A stretch of DNA of 64,000 nucleotides, from the IMG/VR virus record IMGVR_UViG_3300025108_000001, positions 1 through 64,000 of that record. The stretch is one strand, 5' to 3'. Shown piece after piece: positions 20,766 through 30,307 of this stretch. The position numbers were made by a program, and so were the translations under genes. The notes under the pieces are model-generated. The model saw only the letters and a program-made list of their open reading frames with translations, did no database searches and had not been told where the DNA came from. How positions within the stretch are numbered: position 1 is the first letter of the stretch; every line of letters begins with the position of its first letter. Source of the DNA: a virus.

Positions 20766-21842
20766 TCACGATATAAAATGTATTAGATTCTTTTTACCTG
20801 CAATAATTTTATTCGCTTCTTCAATTAAAATATCATGTTTAGTTTTCAAATCTATATTAGAACCTGTTTCTGCTATTATAATAGAATTATCATCATGTCG
20901 TATTATTTCTGCCGCTACTAATTTCGTTGCCGCTTCGTGTATTCCCGCAGGGACTCTTCCATTACCTGCTACATATGTAACTCTAATAGAGTGATTTTGA
21001 ACATAAGGAAACTCTCTTCTAAAAAATATTTTTCCTTCATCATTTATCATCCAATAATCTCCCATTCTATTTTGGTCTTGATTATCTGTAAATGTCGCCA
21101 CCGTTCCGAAGTTTGATGTTATAGTGCAAGCCGAACCATCTTCACCCATTAACAAAGAAGATATAATTACAGTTTTACTATCTTCTGAATCAGTAGTTGC
21201 ATAAAAGAAATCTGAAATGTTAACATTAGGATTTCCATTTGCAGTAACAGATTTAGCCGCAACTTCACCCGTAAAGTTTGCTGTTTTAGCAGGGAACACT
21301 TCATTAATAGTATCCACTATTTGACTAGCAGTAGTTTTTGGCCCAAAATTATCAAAGAAATCTGTTGCTTCGTCTAACTCAAATGTATATGTTCCTACTG
21401 TTAAGGATATTTTCCAAGCACTATTTGTTACTGAAGTTGGAACTGTTATTTTGGCAGTAGCAGATGCCAAATCTTTGTATTCATTACCCTGCCAAACTTC
21501 CAACCTTACTATCTTACGAATTTTAGGTTGAGACAATTGCACAAAACCAACATAGTCTTTCCATGTAGATACAGGATAAGCCCCTTGATTCCATCCATCG
21601 AATGAAAAGTATTCATCTTTATGTATGATAGGACGATATGATTGTCCTATACCGCCGTCTATTTTTTCTTCTACTCTCTTTATAATTTTTCCAATTTCTT
21701 GTCTTGTTGGAGTAGTCGAATCAGTAAATGCACCAATTTGTAATAGATTAGAAACATCTGTATGCGTAGTATAATGTCCGAAACCAATATTATAGTTTAC
21801 ATCAATATTTGTAAAATCACTTGGGGAGGAAACTTTCGCCAT
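20766..21842 (-). CDS. Head-tail adaptor (gp6/gp15-like) with inserted beta domain
   Basis: N-terminal YTTHTDVSNLL and C-terminal IRVTYVAG..RVPAGIHEAATKLVA are adaptor-like motifs. Confidence 0.7.
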   Translation of the reverse strand: MAKVSSPSDFTNIDVNYNIGFGHYTTHTDVSNLLQIGAFTDSTTPTRQEIGKIIKRVEEKIDGGIGQSYRPIIHKDEYFSFDGWNQGAYPVSTWKDYVGFVQLSQPKIRKIVRLEVWQGNEYKDLASATAKITVPTSVTNSAWKISLTVGTYTFELDEATDFFDNFGPKTTASQIVDTINEVFPAKTANFTGEVAAKSVTANGNPNVNISDFFYATTDSEDSKTVIISSLLMGEDGSACTITSNFGTVATFTDNQDQNRMGDYWMINDEGKIFFRREFPYVQNHSIRVTYVAGNGRVPAGIHEAATKLVAAEIIRHDDNSIIIAETGSNIDLKTKHDILIEEANKIIAGKKNLIHFIS

Positions 21843-21847
21843 TTAAA

Positions 21848-24800
21848 TCACTCCACCATTAACTTGTATTTACTAGTTGCGGATAAAATTCTAGTATTAT
21901 CATTCATACTACTACTCTTAGAACCTACTTTACTAGGTCTTGAAGAACCAAAATTCGTTCCCCTACCAAAACCTGAAATTGCAATATCATCATCCCCCGA
22001 CATTGCGCTTAATGGAGATAAAAGTTTTAATTCTTCACTAGTCTTAGAATTATAAGATATGAATGGAATGTATTTTATCTTACCTAAACCTGCTATCATC
22101 CCTCTAGGTAAAGTTGCTATTAATTTGTTATCTTTATTTTTTATTTCTAATTTAGGGATTCCCCTTTTATTTGGTAGTATTTCTTCTATAAATAATTGAG
22201 TTAAACTTCTTTCTATATTAACCATATTATAACTATTTTTACCTTGTCTATTTTCTCTCAATAAACTTCCTAAATTTAATATCTTTTTGAATGATTCAAA
22301 TTTTATTTTATCAATCTTTTTTGTTCCCGATTCTGTTAATTCAGAGTCTTCTAATTTTAATAAAAAGTTCTCGAAAAGACCCACTAAATTATCTCTATCA
22401 GTTTTTTTTAACCAAAAGAATAAACTTTTAATTTCATCAACACTTTCTATTTCTTCAACAGATTTAACAAACATTTTTGTTATTTTACTTAATTGATATT
22501 TTCTTAACACTTCACCTTTATTCTTATCTTTATTTTCATATGCTTCTGTTATTTTTTTAATCATATCTTTTAATATGTCTAAATCAACATTATTATATTG
22601 AAAATTTCCTCTTAAAATATTTTTGTAATACCCTTGATAGCCGTCATCGAACCACGAAGGAAATATATCTGTTTCCATAAACTCTTCTTTTTTTATAGAT
22701 TTTTCCAATGTTTGTTGTCTAGTATTACGTCCAGTTACATATTCATCGGGCTTTGGTGTGTATGAATATGAGTTTTGAGGAAGAAGCAACCTTTTAATTT
22801 CTTCACTTGTAAACCACTTATATGCTTCTGTTTCTTTAAATTCATCAAAAATTTCTTTTGCATTTTCTGTATTTTCTTCTGCAACTTCCTGTTCAATCCC
22901 GATATTCATTTCATCTGAATCAACGGGAACACCCAAACTTGACAGGCCTGAAATATATTTTGAATACAATAAAAATAAATTATCAATATCTTCTTGGTTT
23001 TTACTCTTTCTCAATTCCTCAATATTCTGAGACGTAATAATTTTATCATTCTTTGTCCTAATTGTTATATCATTCATTAAATTATTCATATTTTTAAAAT
23101 CTCTATACGACACGTTTATCATTGTTCGTATTCTTTTTTCGGGTGTAGTGTTAGATTGACCTCTTCCCGATGTATTAAAAAGAGAAGTTGTTATATTAAA
23201 AGCGGCATCATCCCAATCAGAATCACTACTTATCTCTTTTATTTCTCTAGGAGATTTAGTAAAATAATAACTTTCCTTTTGTAATATTCTATGCAATTCA
23301 TTTTGGAAAGGTATAATATCGTCCGTTATCATATCATATATTGTATTTATATCAGGATGTATTATTTCTTCTTTATTATATAACAATCTCTTCATTTTTT
23401 CATTGGGTTTTTTACCAGTGGTAGCAGTAGCAAGTTGTATTCCATAATCTTTATCATAATTTAAATATTCTTCAAATTTTTCTTTACTTTTTAACGCCTC
23501 TTTACCAGACTTCGAAGTAAACGCTAACGTAAATCTATATTTTCCCATCATTATTTCTTGATTTTGTGGTCTTAATATACTCTCAATAGCAGTTTTAATA
23601 TCATACATTGAAGCACTATTTATTTTTTTATTTGATGAGATTATTTCTGTGATTAATTTAGCAACAGTTTTATTATCATTAATTTTATTATATTCAGAAT
23701 TTAATTTTGCGTAAGCCTGAGACTTAGTAATACCAATATAATTACTACCAGTTAACGAGGATAAAACGTTATACTTTTCAACTGCGGGTGTTTCTATTGA
23801 ATTAGTATTATTCTTTTGGTCTAAATCACTAAATATTCTTTCTAATACTAAAATCCCATTACTAAAAGAAGGTTCAAAAAAGTCTTTAAGTCCACTAAAA
23901 TCTTCTTTCTTTAAAAAAGTTATAGTTTTTAAAACACTTTTTAGAAGTTGTTTTTCTATATCTTCTTCATCTTCTTGGTCAGTATCTTTAGTTTTTTCTG
24001 CTAACACATCGTCTATATTATCTAAGATTTCTCTAAGAACAGAAACCTCAAAACTACCTCCCTCGCGTTTTCCTCTTTTTTGTCTTAGTATTCTTTTCTC
24101 AAAATTGTCTGTTCCATCAGACAAATCTTTAAGCAACATTATAATAAACTTTGAATTAGAAACACCAAAAATTTCTTTAATTCTATTGTTCGTTTCTTCT
24201 TCTTCTTCGGTTGTATCTAATAGCGTTGTTAGATAAGTAATTTTTTCATTATTATTACTTATTTTTTTAAGCCATTCTTGATATATGTCTGATTTTTCTT
24301 TTGTTGTATCCTCTTGCACAGTTTGTATATTATATTTAGATTTATCACCTAATATATTTGCGTCTAGTCCGGCTTTTTTAAATGCTAATTTAAAATATTT
24401 TTTAGTGTCTATAACAATTTCAATAGAACTTTCAGTTGTTGTTTTACCCTTACCCGTTGTTTGTATATTAGTAGTAATAACACCATCTGCTAATAGCAAC
24501 TCAGGAATATAGATAGGTTTCCCCTTATCAAAGGAATCTATAATACCATAATTACCCACTTCACTATCAACTTCTTCTAAAGTTGCTAATTGTTCTTCAA
24601 ACCTTTCTTCGATTTCTTCGTTTAGTGTTCTATCAAAATCATCTTTTTCAGATTCAGAAGAAAGAGATTCTCGTTTAACGTCTTTATCGTCTAGTATTTT
24701 TTCTTTTATTTTATCTTTCATATCTTTTAATTCTTCACTAGTAAGTTTAGGTTTATCATACGTTTCTTCTAATAATTGTTTTACTCTTTTTTCATTTGTA

Positions 24801-25309
24801 AATTGACTAGTTAAAAAATTTAATTCTTTAGCCCTATTTAATAACGCTACTGTAAAAATATATTTTGAATCGTCATAAGTTAATTTTTTCTTCTTCTGTT
24901 CTTTAGACTCGTTATATATTGTAAAATAACCTTTAGCGGCTAATTTTTCTATTAAAGTATGTAATTTTGTTTTTCCTATTTTTTTCATAATTAGTTTTAT
25001 TAAATTTTCTAACTCTTTTGGCTTACGTTTTCTTTCTTCTACATCGGGATAATCCTTAGAGAAATCATCTTCATCTGCATTTCTCAACCCTCTAACAGAA
25101 AGATTGGCTTCTTTCAACAAACTGTTAGGTGAAGGTTCTGACTTATAAAAAATATCGGCGGCAAATTTATAAAAAAGTTGTTCTATTCTTTTATTAGAAG
25201 AAGAGAAATCTTTTGTATTGAATAGTTCTATTTGTTCTTCGGTCAAAAGATATCTTACAAATTGGGTTCTATCCAATTCATTACTAATATATACTCCTTT
25301 TGTCGCCAT
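21848..25309 (-). CDS. Large charged hypothetical protein (1153 aa), possible virion/internal protein
   Basis: Long K/E/D-rich ORF inside the structural operon; no recognisable motif. Confidence 0.6.
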   Translation of the reverse strand: MATKGVYISNELDRTQFVRYLLTEEQIELFNTKDFSSSNKRIEQLFYKFAADIFYKSEPSPNSLLKEANLSVRGLRNADEDDFSKDYPDVEERKRKPKELENLIKLIMKKIGKTKLHTLIEKLAAKGYFTIYNESKEQKKKKLTYDDSKYIFTVALLNRAKELNFLTSQFTNEKRVKQLLEETYDKPKLTSEELKDMKDKIKEKILDDKDVKRESLSSESEKDDFDRTLNEEIEERFEEQLATLEEVDSEVGNYGIIDSFDKGKPIYIPELLLADGVITTNIQTTGKGKTTTESSIEIVIDTKKYFKLAFKKAGLDANILGDKSKYNIQTVQEDTTKEKSDIYQEWLKKISNNNEKITYLTTLLDTTEEEEETNNRIKEIFGVSNSKFIIMLLKDLSDGTDNFEKRILRQKRGKREGGSFEVSVLREILDNIDDVLAEKTKDTDQEDEEDIEKQLLKSVLKTITFLKKEDFSGLKDFFEPSFSNGILVLERIFSDLDQKNNTNSIETPAVEKYNVLSSLTGSNYIGITKSQAYAKLNSEYNKINDNKTVAKLITEIISSNKKINSASMYDIKTAIESILRPQNQEIMMGKYRFTLAFTSKSGKEALKSKEKFEEYLNYDKDYGIQLATATTGKKPNEKMKRLLYNKEEIIHPDINTIYDMITDDIIPFQNELHRILQKESYYFTKSPREIKEISSDSDWDDAAFNITTSLFNTSGRGQSNTTPEKRIRTMINVSYRDFKNMNNLMNDITIRTKNDKIITSQNIEELRKSKNQEDIDNLFLLYSKYISGLSSLGVPVDSDEMNIGIEQEVAEENTENAKEIFDEFKETEAYKWFTSEEIKRLLLPQNSYSYTPKPDEYVTGRNTRQQTLEKSIKKEEFMETDIFPSWFDDGYQGYYKNILRGNFQYNNVDLDILKDMIKKITEAYENKDKNKGEVLRKYQLSKITKMFVKSVEEIESVDEIKSLFFWLKKTDRDNLVGLFENFLLKLEDSELTESGTKKIDKIKFESFKKILNLGSLLRENRQGKNSYNMVNIERSLTQLFIEEILPNKRGIPKLEIKNKDNKLIATLPRGMIAGLGKIKYIPFISYNSKTSEELKLLSPLSAMSGDDDIAISGFGRGTNFGSSRPSKVGSKSSSMNDNTRILSATSKYKLMVE

Positions 25310-25322
25310 TCATCAAACCACC

Positions 25323-26042
25323 TTAAGCAAGCCATTTAGCCCATGCAACTGCTTTACCCAATCCTTGCGCTAGACCTAGACCACTTTGAGGTGGAGTATA
25401 TGTTGGTTGACCTGTTTGCGGGTCAATCCAATAAGGATTATTCATGTTGTCATAACCACTAGGAGGAATAGGATAACCACTACCGTTGTTCATAGCCATT
25501 TGTTGTTGGTTTAGAGTATTGTTAAAATTCGTACTCATGTTACCACCTTGTATTTGATTAGGGTTTAATCCTTGAGGATTCATACCACCCATATTACCCA
25601 TAGCACCCATAGTATTAGTTTGAGGTTGCGGTTGCTGTGGAGAACTGAATCCCTGCGCCTCAAGATATTGTTGTTTAGCCATTCTTCTTTGCATAACAAC
25701 TTCACTATTAACAGCAGAAGCCAATAGTTGCTGTATATCTAAATCAATATTTTCCTGAGTTATGTTTGTGAACTCAGTTAATGCATCAGGAGTAATAGAT
25801 AAATTTCCACTAGAACTCTGACTAAATTCTAATTTAACTAACATTTGACTGACTGCTCTTTGAACAGTATCTTCAATTAATTTTTCTAGTGTACGTAAGA
25901 ATGATTCCCCATGATATTGAAAGAAATCTTCTACATGATTTTCCTGTAAAGTTAGAAGGTTGTTCATTGCTTTGAATTGGGTTTGCTGCTGTGCGCCGAT
26001 TTGTGTTGCTAATGCTCCATTACTAGTTCCGAATAATCCCAT
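25323..26042 (-). CDS. Gln/Pro/Gly-rich protein with C-terminal amphipathic helix
   Basis: Helical N-half, low-complexity Q/P/G/M/N tract, YWIDPQTGQPTYTPP, then LAQGLGKAVAWAKWLA. Confidence 0.7.
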   Translation of the reverse strand: MGLFGTSNGALATQIGAQQQTQFKAMNNLLTLQENHVEDFFQYHGESFLRTLEKLIEDTVQRAVSQMLVKLEFSQSSSGNLSITPDALTEFTNITQENIDLDIQQLLASAVNSEVVMQRRMAKQQYLEAQGFSSPQQPQPQTNTMGAMGNMGGMNPQGLNPNQIQGGNMSTNFNNTLNQQQMAMNNGSGYPIPPSGYDNMNNPYWIDPQTGQPTYTPPQSGLGLAQGLGKAVAWAKWLA

Positions 26043-26045
26043 TAA

Positions 26046-26723
26046 TCACTCCCCCACTGTTTCAACATTGACAACGTTAACGCCTTCGGTTAATAGAGTT
26101 TTGACTCTTTCATTAATATTATTAGTTTCTATAATTAATCTAAATAATTCTTCTTCTTTATTTTCAATAGCATTATTGGGAGGTTTAATAGTCCAACCCA
26201 TAGCAGAAAGAGATTGCATATCGGCTTGTTTTAATGTTGTCATTGGACTTGATGTTACTAAATTAACAGGGTTCAAACTTTTAGCAGATGGAATATATGC
26301 ACTAAAAGAAAGACCGTGTTCTTCTGCTAATATTTGTTGCTCTAACATTTCGTATTGTTTATGTATTGATGCGTGTTTATTGCAGTAAGTTCCTCTCATT
26401 GGATAACCTTTTCTAACTTTGTGTAAAGGTAAAGGGGGTCTCATTGTATCGCCTGATTCCCAAACTTTCTGAGAACCACATACTACACATCTATCTTTAA
26501 TATTGTATTTAAATTTGTATGGGAACTTTAAGAAAGTCTTTTTTTCAGGCATGAGAACTTTAATTATTTCTTTTAATTTCTTTTTCGGTTTTATGTTTTT
26601 ATATTCATACATGATTACTGTACCTGCTGCTCTAGCAGAACTAAATCTATCTAAATATGGGTTAGCCCCCACATGGGCTGATTGTGCGCCGATTAAATTT
26701 GGTGGGCTATAATTCATTGTCAT
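26046..26723 (-). CDS. Zn-finger plus coiled-coil protein
   Basis: CVVC...YCNKH motif; likely start at ATG 26723 after a GGGGT SD-like site. Confidence 0.65.
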   Translation of the reverse strand: MTMNYSPPNLIGAQSAHVGANPYLDRFSSARAAGTVIMYEYKNIKPKKKLKEIIKVLMPEKKTFLKFPYKFKYNIKDRCVVCGSQKVWESGDTMRPPLPLHKVRKGYPMRGTYCNKHASIHKQYEMLEQQILAEEHGLSFSAYIPSAKSLNPVNLVTSSPMTTLKQADMQSLSAMGWTIKPPNNAIENKEEELFRLIIETNNINERVKTLLTEGVNVVNVETVGE

Positions 26724-26737
26724 GTGATAATACCCCA

Positions 26738-27406
26738 CTAGTAGTCCTTTATCATTGTTAGGATTCCTCTATAAACCATCTCTGAATCAGATTTAGCACT
26801 TACTATATATTTATAACAAGGTATTCCCTTATCATTTAACTTCTGCATACCATTTCTAAAGGATTCAAATATTGGATGTTTTTCTATTGTCTCATAATCA
26901 TATTTGTCTTTCCACAAATCATGTTTATTAGCCCAAAGACCAACTGCTACGGGGTAATCATGTAACTTTTTCTTTTTCTTTTTTCCACCAACATTCCAAT
27001 AAGGACTACAAATAGTATCTACTAAAAAAGTCCAACATAATTGTTGTTCTATATCATAGTGTTTATCCATATGCCTATCATCTAACATAAAAATAATATA
27101 TTTAACTTTTCGAGTTCTCATATCTTCTACCCACTCTTGCCAAAATACAGTTTCACCACCAACATCAGCAGTTTTAACAGTATGAGCATCACCGTCTAAT
27201 TTTACAAATTTTCTAGATGCTCGATGAAGCCCGACAGTTCTATCTGTAATAGATGGAACTTCACCTCTAGTTCTTAGTTGATGATGTAATGTAGTTTTAC
27301 CTGCTTTACTAGCACCATATACCCCAAAGGGTATAGAATGTAATCTCTGATAGACTTTGTTTATACCCTCAACTAACAGAATAGCGAAGCCCGCCATTAC
27401 CGACAT
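26738..27406 (-). CDS. Small Ras-superfamily GTPase, Arf/Sar-like
   Basis: G1 GASKAGKTT, G2 RTVG, G3 DVGGE, G4 ANKHD, G5 SAK; N-terminal hydrophobic/amphipathic helix. Confidence 0.88.
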   Translation of the reverse strand: MSVMAGFAILLVEGINKVYQRLHSIPFGVYGASKAGKTTLHHQLRTRGEVPSITDRTVGLHRASRKFVKLDGDAHTVKTADVGGETVFWQEWVEDMRTRKVKYIIFMLDDRHMDKHYDIEQQLCWTFLVDTICSPYWNVGGKKKKKKLHDYPVAVGLWANKHDLWKDKYDYETIEKHPIFESFRNGMQKLNDKGIPCYKYIVSAKSDSEMVYRGILTMIKDY

Positions 27407-27412
27407 TGTTTA

Positions 27413-27637
27413 TCACACCAAATGATGAAATAAATTAACTATTCCGTTCCAAGTTGAAGAATATAAATTATAGCCAAATAAAGATATAGCATGACCTACA
27501 AAAAAACTAGTAACACAAGCAATCCCACTCCAAAGAAAAAACCTCGCTCTTAAGAACCATATATCAGCAGAATGCGCTCTTTGTAAATCATAGGCTAATG
27601 TGGATTCATCGAATCCCATTAGGATTTCTCCTACCAT
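27413..27637 (-). CDS. Small membrane protein
   Basis: One hydrophobic span (FFLWSGIACVTSFFVGHAISLFGY) plus an amphipathic C-terminus. Confidence 0.7.
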   Translation of the reverse strand: MVGEILMGFDESTLAYDLQRAHSADIWFLRARFFLWSGIACVTSFFVGHAISLFGYNLYSSTWNGIVNLFHHLV

Positions 27638-27645
27638 ATAATCAC

Positions 27646-28071
27646 CTACTCATTAAAGCCTGTTAAAAATGTTGGGCTAATAGTATTCGCATCAAATTGT
27701 TGTTGTGGTTGTTGCATTACTGGAAGATTAGAGTCCCCATAAAATGGCTGTCCGAATGATTGATTAAAACTCCTAAGTGATTCTCTAACTCTCTTACGAT
27801 TTTCTTCATCTCTTGCTTTCCTATTCCAATAAGCATCTATTTTTCTTTGTAATAAAAAATCTTCTATAATATCATTTAACATTAAATCAAACAATGCTTT
27901 CAATAACATTATCCCTCCTACTGTGCATATTCCAAACAATACTGCATGGGATAATCCGGTGTATGGAAAGTCAATTCCATATATAGTGTAAAAATAAATG
28001 TTAGTGCCACTAATAGCACCAACGAAAAGTATAGTCATTACTAATCTTGTATCTGTATCAATACTAGGCAT
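27646..28071 (-). CDS. Two-TM membrane protein with charged, Q-rich tail
   Basis: Two hydrophobic spans in the first 65 aa, followed by a hydrophilic tail. Confidence 0.7.
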   Translation of the reverse strand: MPSIDTDTRLVMTILFVGAISGTNIYFYTIYGIDFPYTGLSHAVLFGICTVGGIMLLKALFDLMLNDIIEDFLLQRKIDAYWNRKARDEENRKRVRESLRSFNQSFGQPFYGDSNLPVMQQPQQQFDANTISPTFLTGFNE

Positions 28072-28075
28072 AATA

Positions 28076-28351
28076 TCAACTCCAAGAACAGGAGTATGAA
28101 CCGCCTGAACCAGTTAGAATTGCTGTTATTCCTGTTCCCATTGACCTATTGTGCATATCAAATTCGATTGTAGAATTAGCAGTTAGAATTAATCTAGCAA
28201 CCTCATCTGCCGAACCGACACTAGTAGTATTATGGTCGTATATTTTTAATGTAGCAGTTCCAGTAGAACAAAAATGAATACTTGTTAATTTGCATCTACC
28301 ATCATTTACTACTGCACTTGCAGTTTTTACAGGACTACCTGCGGAAACCAT
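28076..28351 (-). CDS. Small beta-rich virion protein
   Basis: 91 aa; TLKIYD...LIL..NSTIEF..MGTGITA pattern resembles small structural proteins of tailed viruses. Confidence 0.5.
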   Translation of the reverse strand: MVSAGSPVKTASAVVNDGRCKLTSIHFCSTGTATLKIYDHNTTSVGSADEVARLILTANSTIEFDMHNRSMGTGITAILTGSGGSYSCSWS

Positions 28352-28797
28352 TACTTCACTTCCTTCTTAGTTGTGGTTTTTTTTGCAGGTGTTTTCTTTT
28401 TTGCAGGTGTTTTCTTAGCAGTAGGTTTCTTTTCTACTATGTTTTCTTCTTTCGGTAATACAGTTTCAGTAACGGTCTCTACTGCTTTTTCTACAACTGC
28501 TTCGACCTTTTTCTTTACAGGAACTTTTGCCTTCTTAGGATACAATATATCAAGAATATCTCCTTCAACACCTAAGTGCCTACGAATTGCCTTTACTCTA
28601 TTTTCAGGTAAGTTTGCAATATCCTTTTTATCATCTTCTGTAAAGTCAATTTCTATTGCTTCATCACCTAAATACAATGCTGCAATTCTTGCAGGTACTT
28701 CACAAGGAGCATTTGCATTAATGGAATACAGTGTTTCCCCTGCCCCTCTTATTACTAGTTCGCCATTTCTATGTGTTTTCAATTTTACTAAAGCCAT
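28351..28797 (-). CDS. Hypothetical protein with Lys-rich histone-H1-like tail
   Basis: Directly downstream of MCP; C-terminal KKPTAKKTPAKKKTPAKK; probable start MALVK at 28797. Confidence 0.65.
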   Translation of the reverse strand: MALVKLKTHRNGELVIRGAGETLYSINANAPCEVPARIAALYLGDEAIEIDFTEDDKKDIANLPENRVKAIRRHLGVEGDILDILYPKKAKVPVKKKVEAVVEKAVETVTETVLPKEENIVEKKPTAKKTPAKKKTPAKKTTTKKEVK

Positions 28798-28820
28798 AAT
28801 TATCAACCTTTTTTTTATAG

Positions 28821-28863
28821 GGTAGTAATCCCTACCCCGATACTTCGGAGTAGAGACTACTAC
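28821..28863. other. Stem-loop downstream of the capsid gene (stability/attenuation element)
   Basis: Imperfect inverted repeat GTAGTAATCCCTAC...GTAGAGACTACTAC in the intergenic gap after MCP. Confidence 0.4.
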
Positions 28864-28891
28864 TTTACGTTTTCACTTACTATCGAATACC

Positions 28892-30295
28892 TTAAGCACT
28901 CTTTAGGTTGGTAATTTTACCTTGTCCCTTGAAGAAAGAACAGCAAGTTTCTCCCATAGTGCGGTACATTCCTTGATTTCCAAGTTTACCAACACCGAAT
29001 GGGTTTCCACTAGTAATACCATCTTCGAAGTATTGTGTAGGTTTCATTACAGATAGCCATAGATGGTCTGTATCTAGAACTAATATATCACTAATTCTGT
29101 TAGATGTGGACTTACCTGTTGACGGCATATCTTTAGCAGGGATAATTGGTATGTCATAGTATGTTGCAACTCTGAAACCAACTTCTTGACCCTTAACACC
29201 ACGAACACCATTATGGGAAGGAACAATTTCTTTCCTATCCATAAATCTCTCTTGTGATTGTAGTAAATCAGAGATTTTCTGTATGGTATCATATCCTGTA
29301 ATGATAACTTTAGGGTTTCCGCCGTTAGTACGGATTCTTCTAATCATATCATTAAGAATACTTAGTGTTAGAACTCTACATTCACCGGATGTATAACCTG
29401 CACCAAAATCAACTTCTGCATCTAGGAAAGATGGAACACCAGTGTAGGTGTATGCTCCACTTCCGCCTGATGTGTTAACAGTAACAGTTCTAGTTGAACC
29501 AAAGATAGTGGTAGCATCAGCAAGTTGTGCTGCTGTACCGTTATTTGTTTGGTTGTGGTAGAATACGTCATCATCAGCCATAGTTGCAAGTTCAACCGCA
29601 GATGAAACTATCTTCATTAAAGAAGTGTAGTTCTTCTCAATACCTGTTGTACCGTTTTCTGAGTATTTCTCAAGAGGCATAACTAACATTTTGCTCTGAA
29701 CTTCTGCGTGTAGTTTACCCATGTCTTCTCTAACGATAGCACGAATATCACCAACACCATCATCAATTGCAGCCATTTCCATTCCTAGTTCTGAGAACTC
29801 GAATAGATGTGCAATAGTCTTAGGGCTAACATATAGTTTAGTATATTCAGGAGCGATTGCTCTAAATCCGTCTGCACCACCTAATGTTGCGTTTTCTCCG
29901 ACACCACCAATTTGGTCTGCTCTAGGAGTTGCTGCATCTGCTGATGAAATACTAGCGGTAACTGCATTAGTACCTGTACCGAATGCTGCATCACTACCAC
30001 CAATAGGTCGTGATTTCAAAACTCTCCAACCGCTTGATGTGTAAGGTCTCTTAGCAAGCATTGCTAGAGGGTTTACTTCTTGGTTTAATACAGACCAAAC
30101 TTTCTGTCCGTATAGTAGGTTGTACAAATCACCTAGACCTGCTGCACCCGTAAATGCATTAGCACTAGTATCGTGAGGAGTACCGAAACCACCTACAACT
30201 CCACCTGCTTTAAGCAAGGCATTGCCGCTTCCTGTTCCGCCATATCCGTATGTTGCTGCTTCTAAATCTTTCATTGTTTTAATATATCCACTCAT
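28892..30295 (-). CDS. Major capsid protein (HK97 fold)
   Basis: 467 aa, directly after the prohead protease. N-terminal propeptide ends ALLK/A; GGNPKVIITGYDT, VATYYDIPIIP, ILVLDTDHL and QGKITNL segments are typical of HK97-like MCPs. Confidence 0.88.
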   Translation of the reverse strand: MSGYIKTMKDLEAATYGYGGTGSGNALLKAGGVVGGFGTPHDTSANAFTGAAGLGDLYNLLYGQKVWSVLNQEVNPLAMLAKRPYTSSGWRVLKSRPIGGSDAAFGTGTNAVTASISSADAATPRADQIGGVGENATLGGADGFRAIAPEYTKLYVSPKTIAHLFEFSELGMEMAAIDDGVGDIRAIVREDMGKLHAEVQSKMLVMPLEKYSENGTTGIEKNYTSLMKIVSSAVELATMADDDVFYHNQTNNGTAAQLADATTIFGSTRTVTVNTSGGSGAYTYTGVPSFLDAEVDFGAGYTSGECRVLTLSILNDMIRRIRTNGGNPKVIITGYDTIQKISDLLQSQERFMDRKEIVPSHNGVRGVKGQEVGFRVATYYDIPIIPAKDMPSTGKSTSNRISDILVLDTDHLWLSVMKPTQYFEDGITSGNPFGVGKLGNQGMYRTMGETCCSFFKGQGKITNLKSA

Positions 30296-30307
30296 AATTT
30301 CACTTCC

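Noticed and set aside
26738-27406. GTPase as eukaryotic contamination
   Set aside because: It is tightly packed with flanking viral genes, has the same base composition and a GGTGTGA SD, and has no introns.
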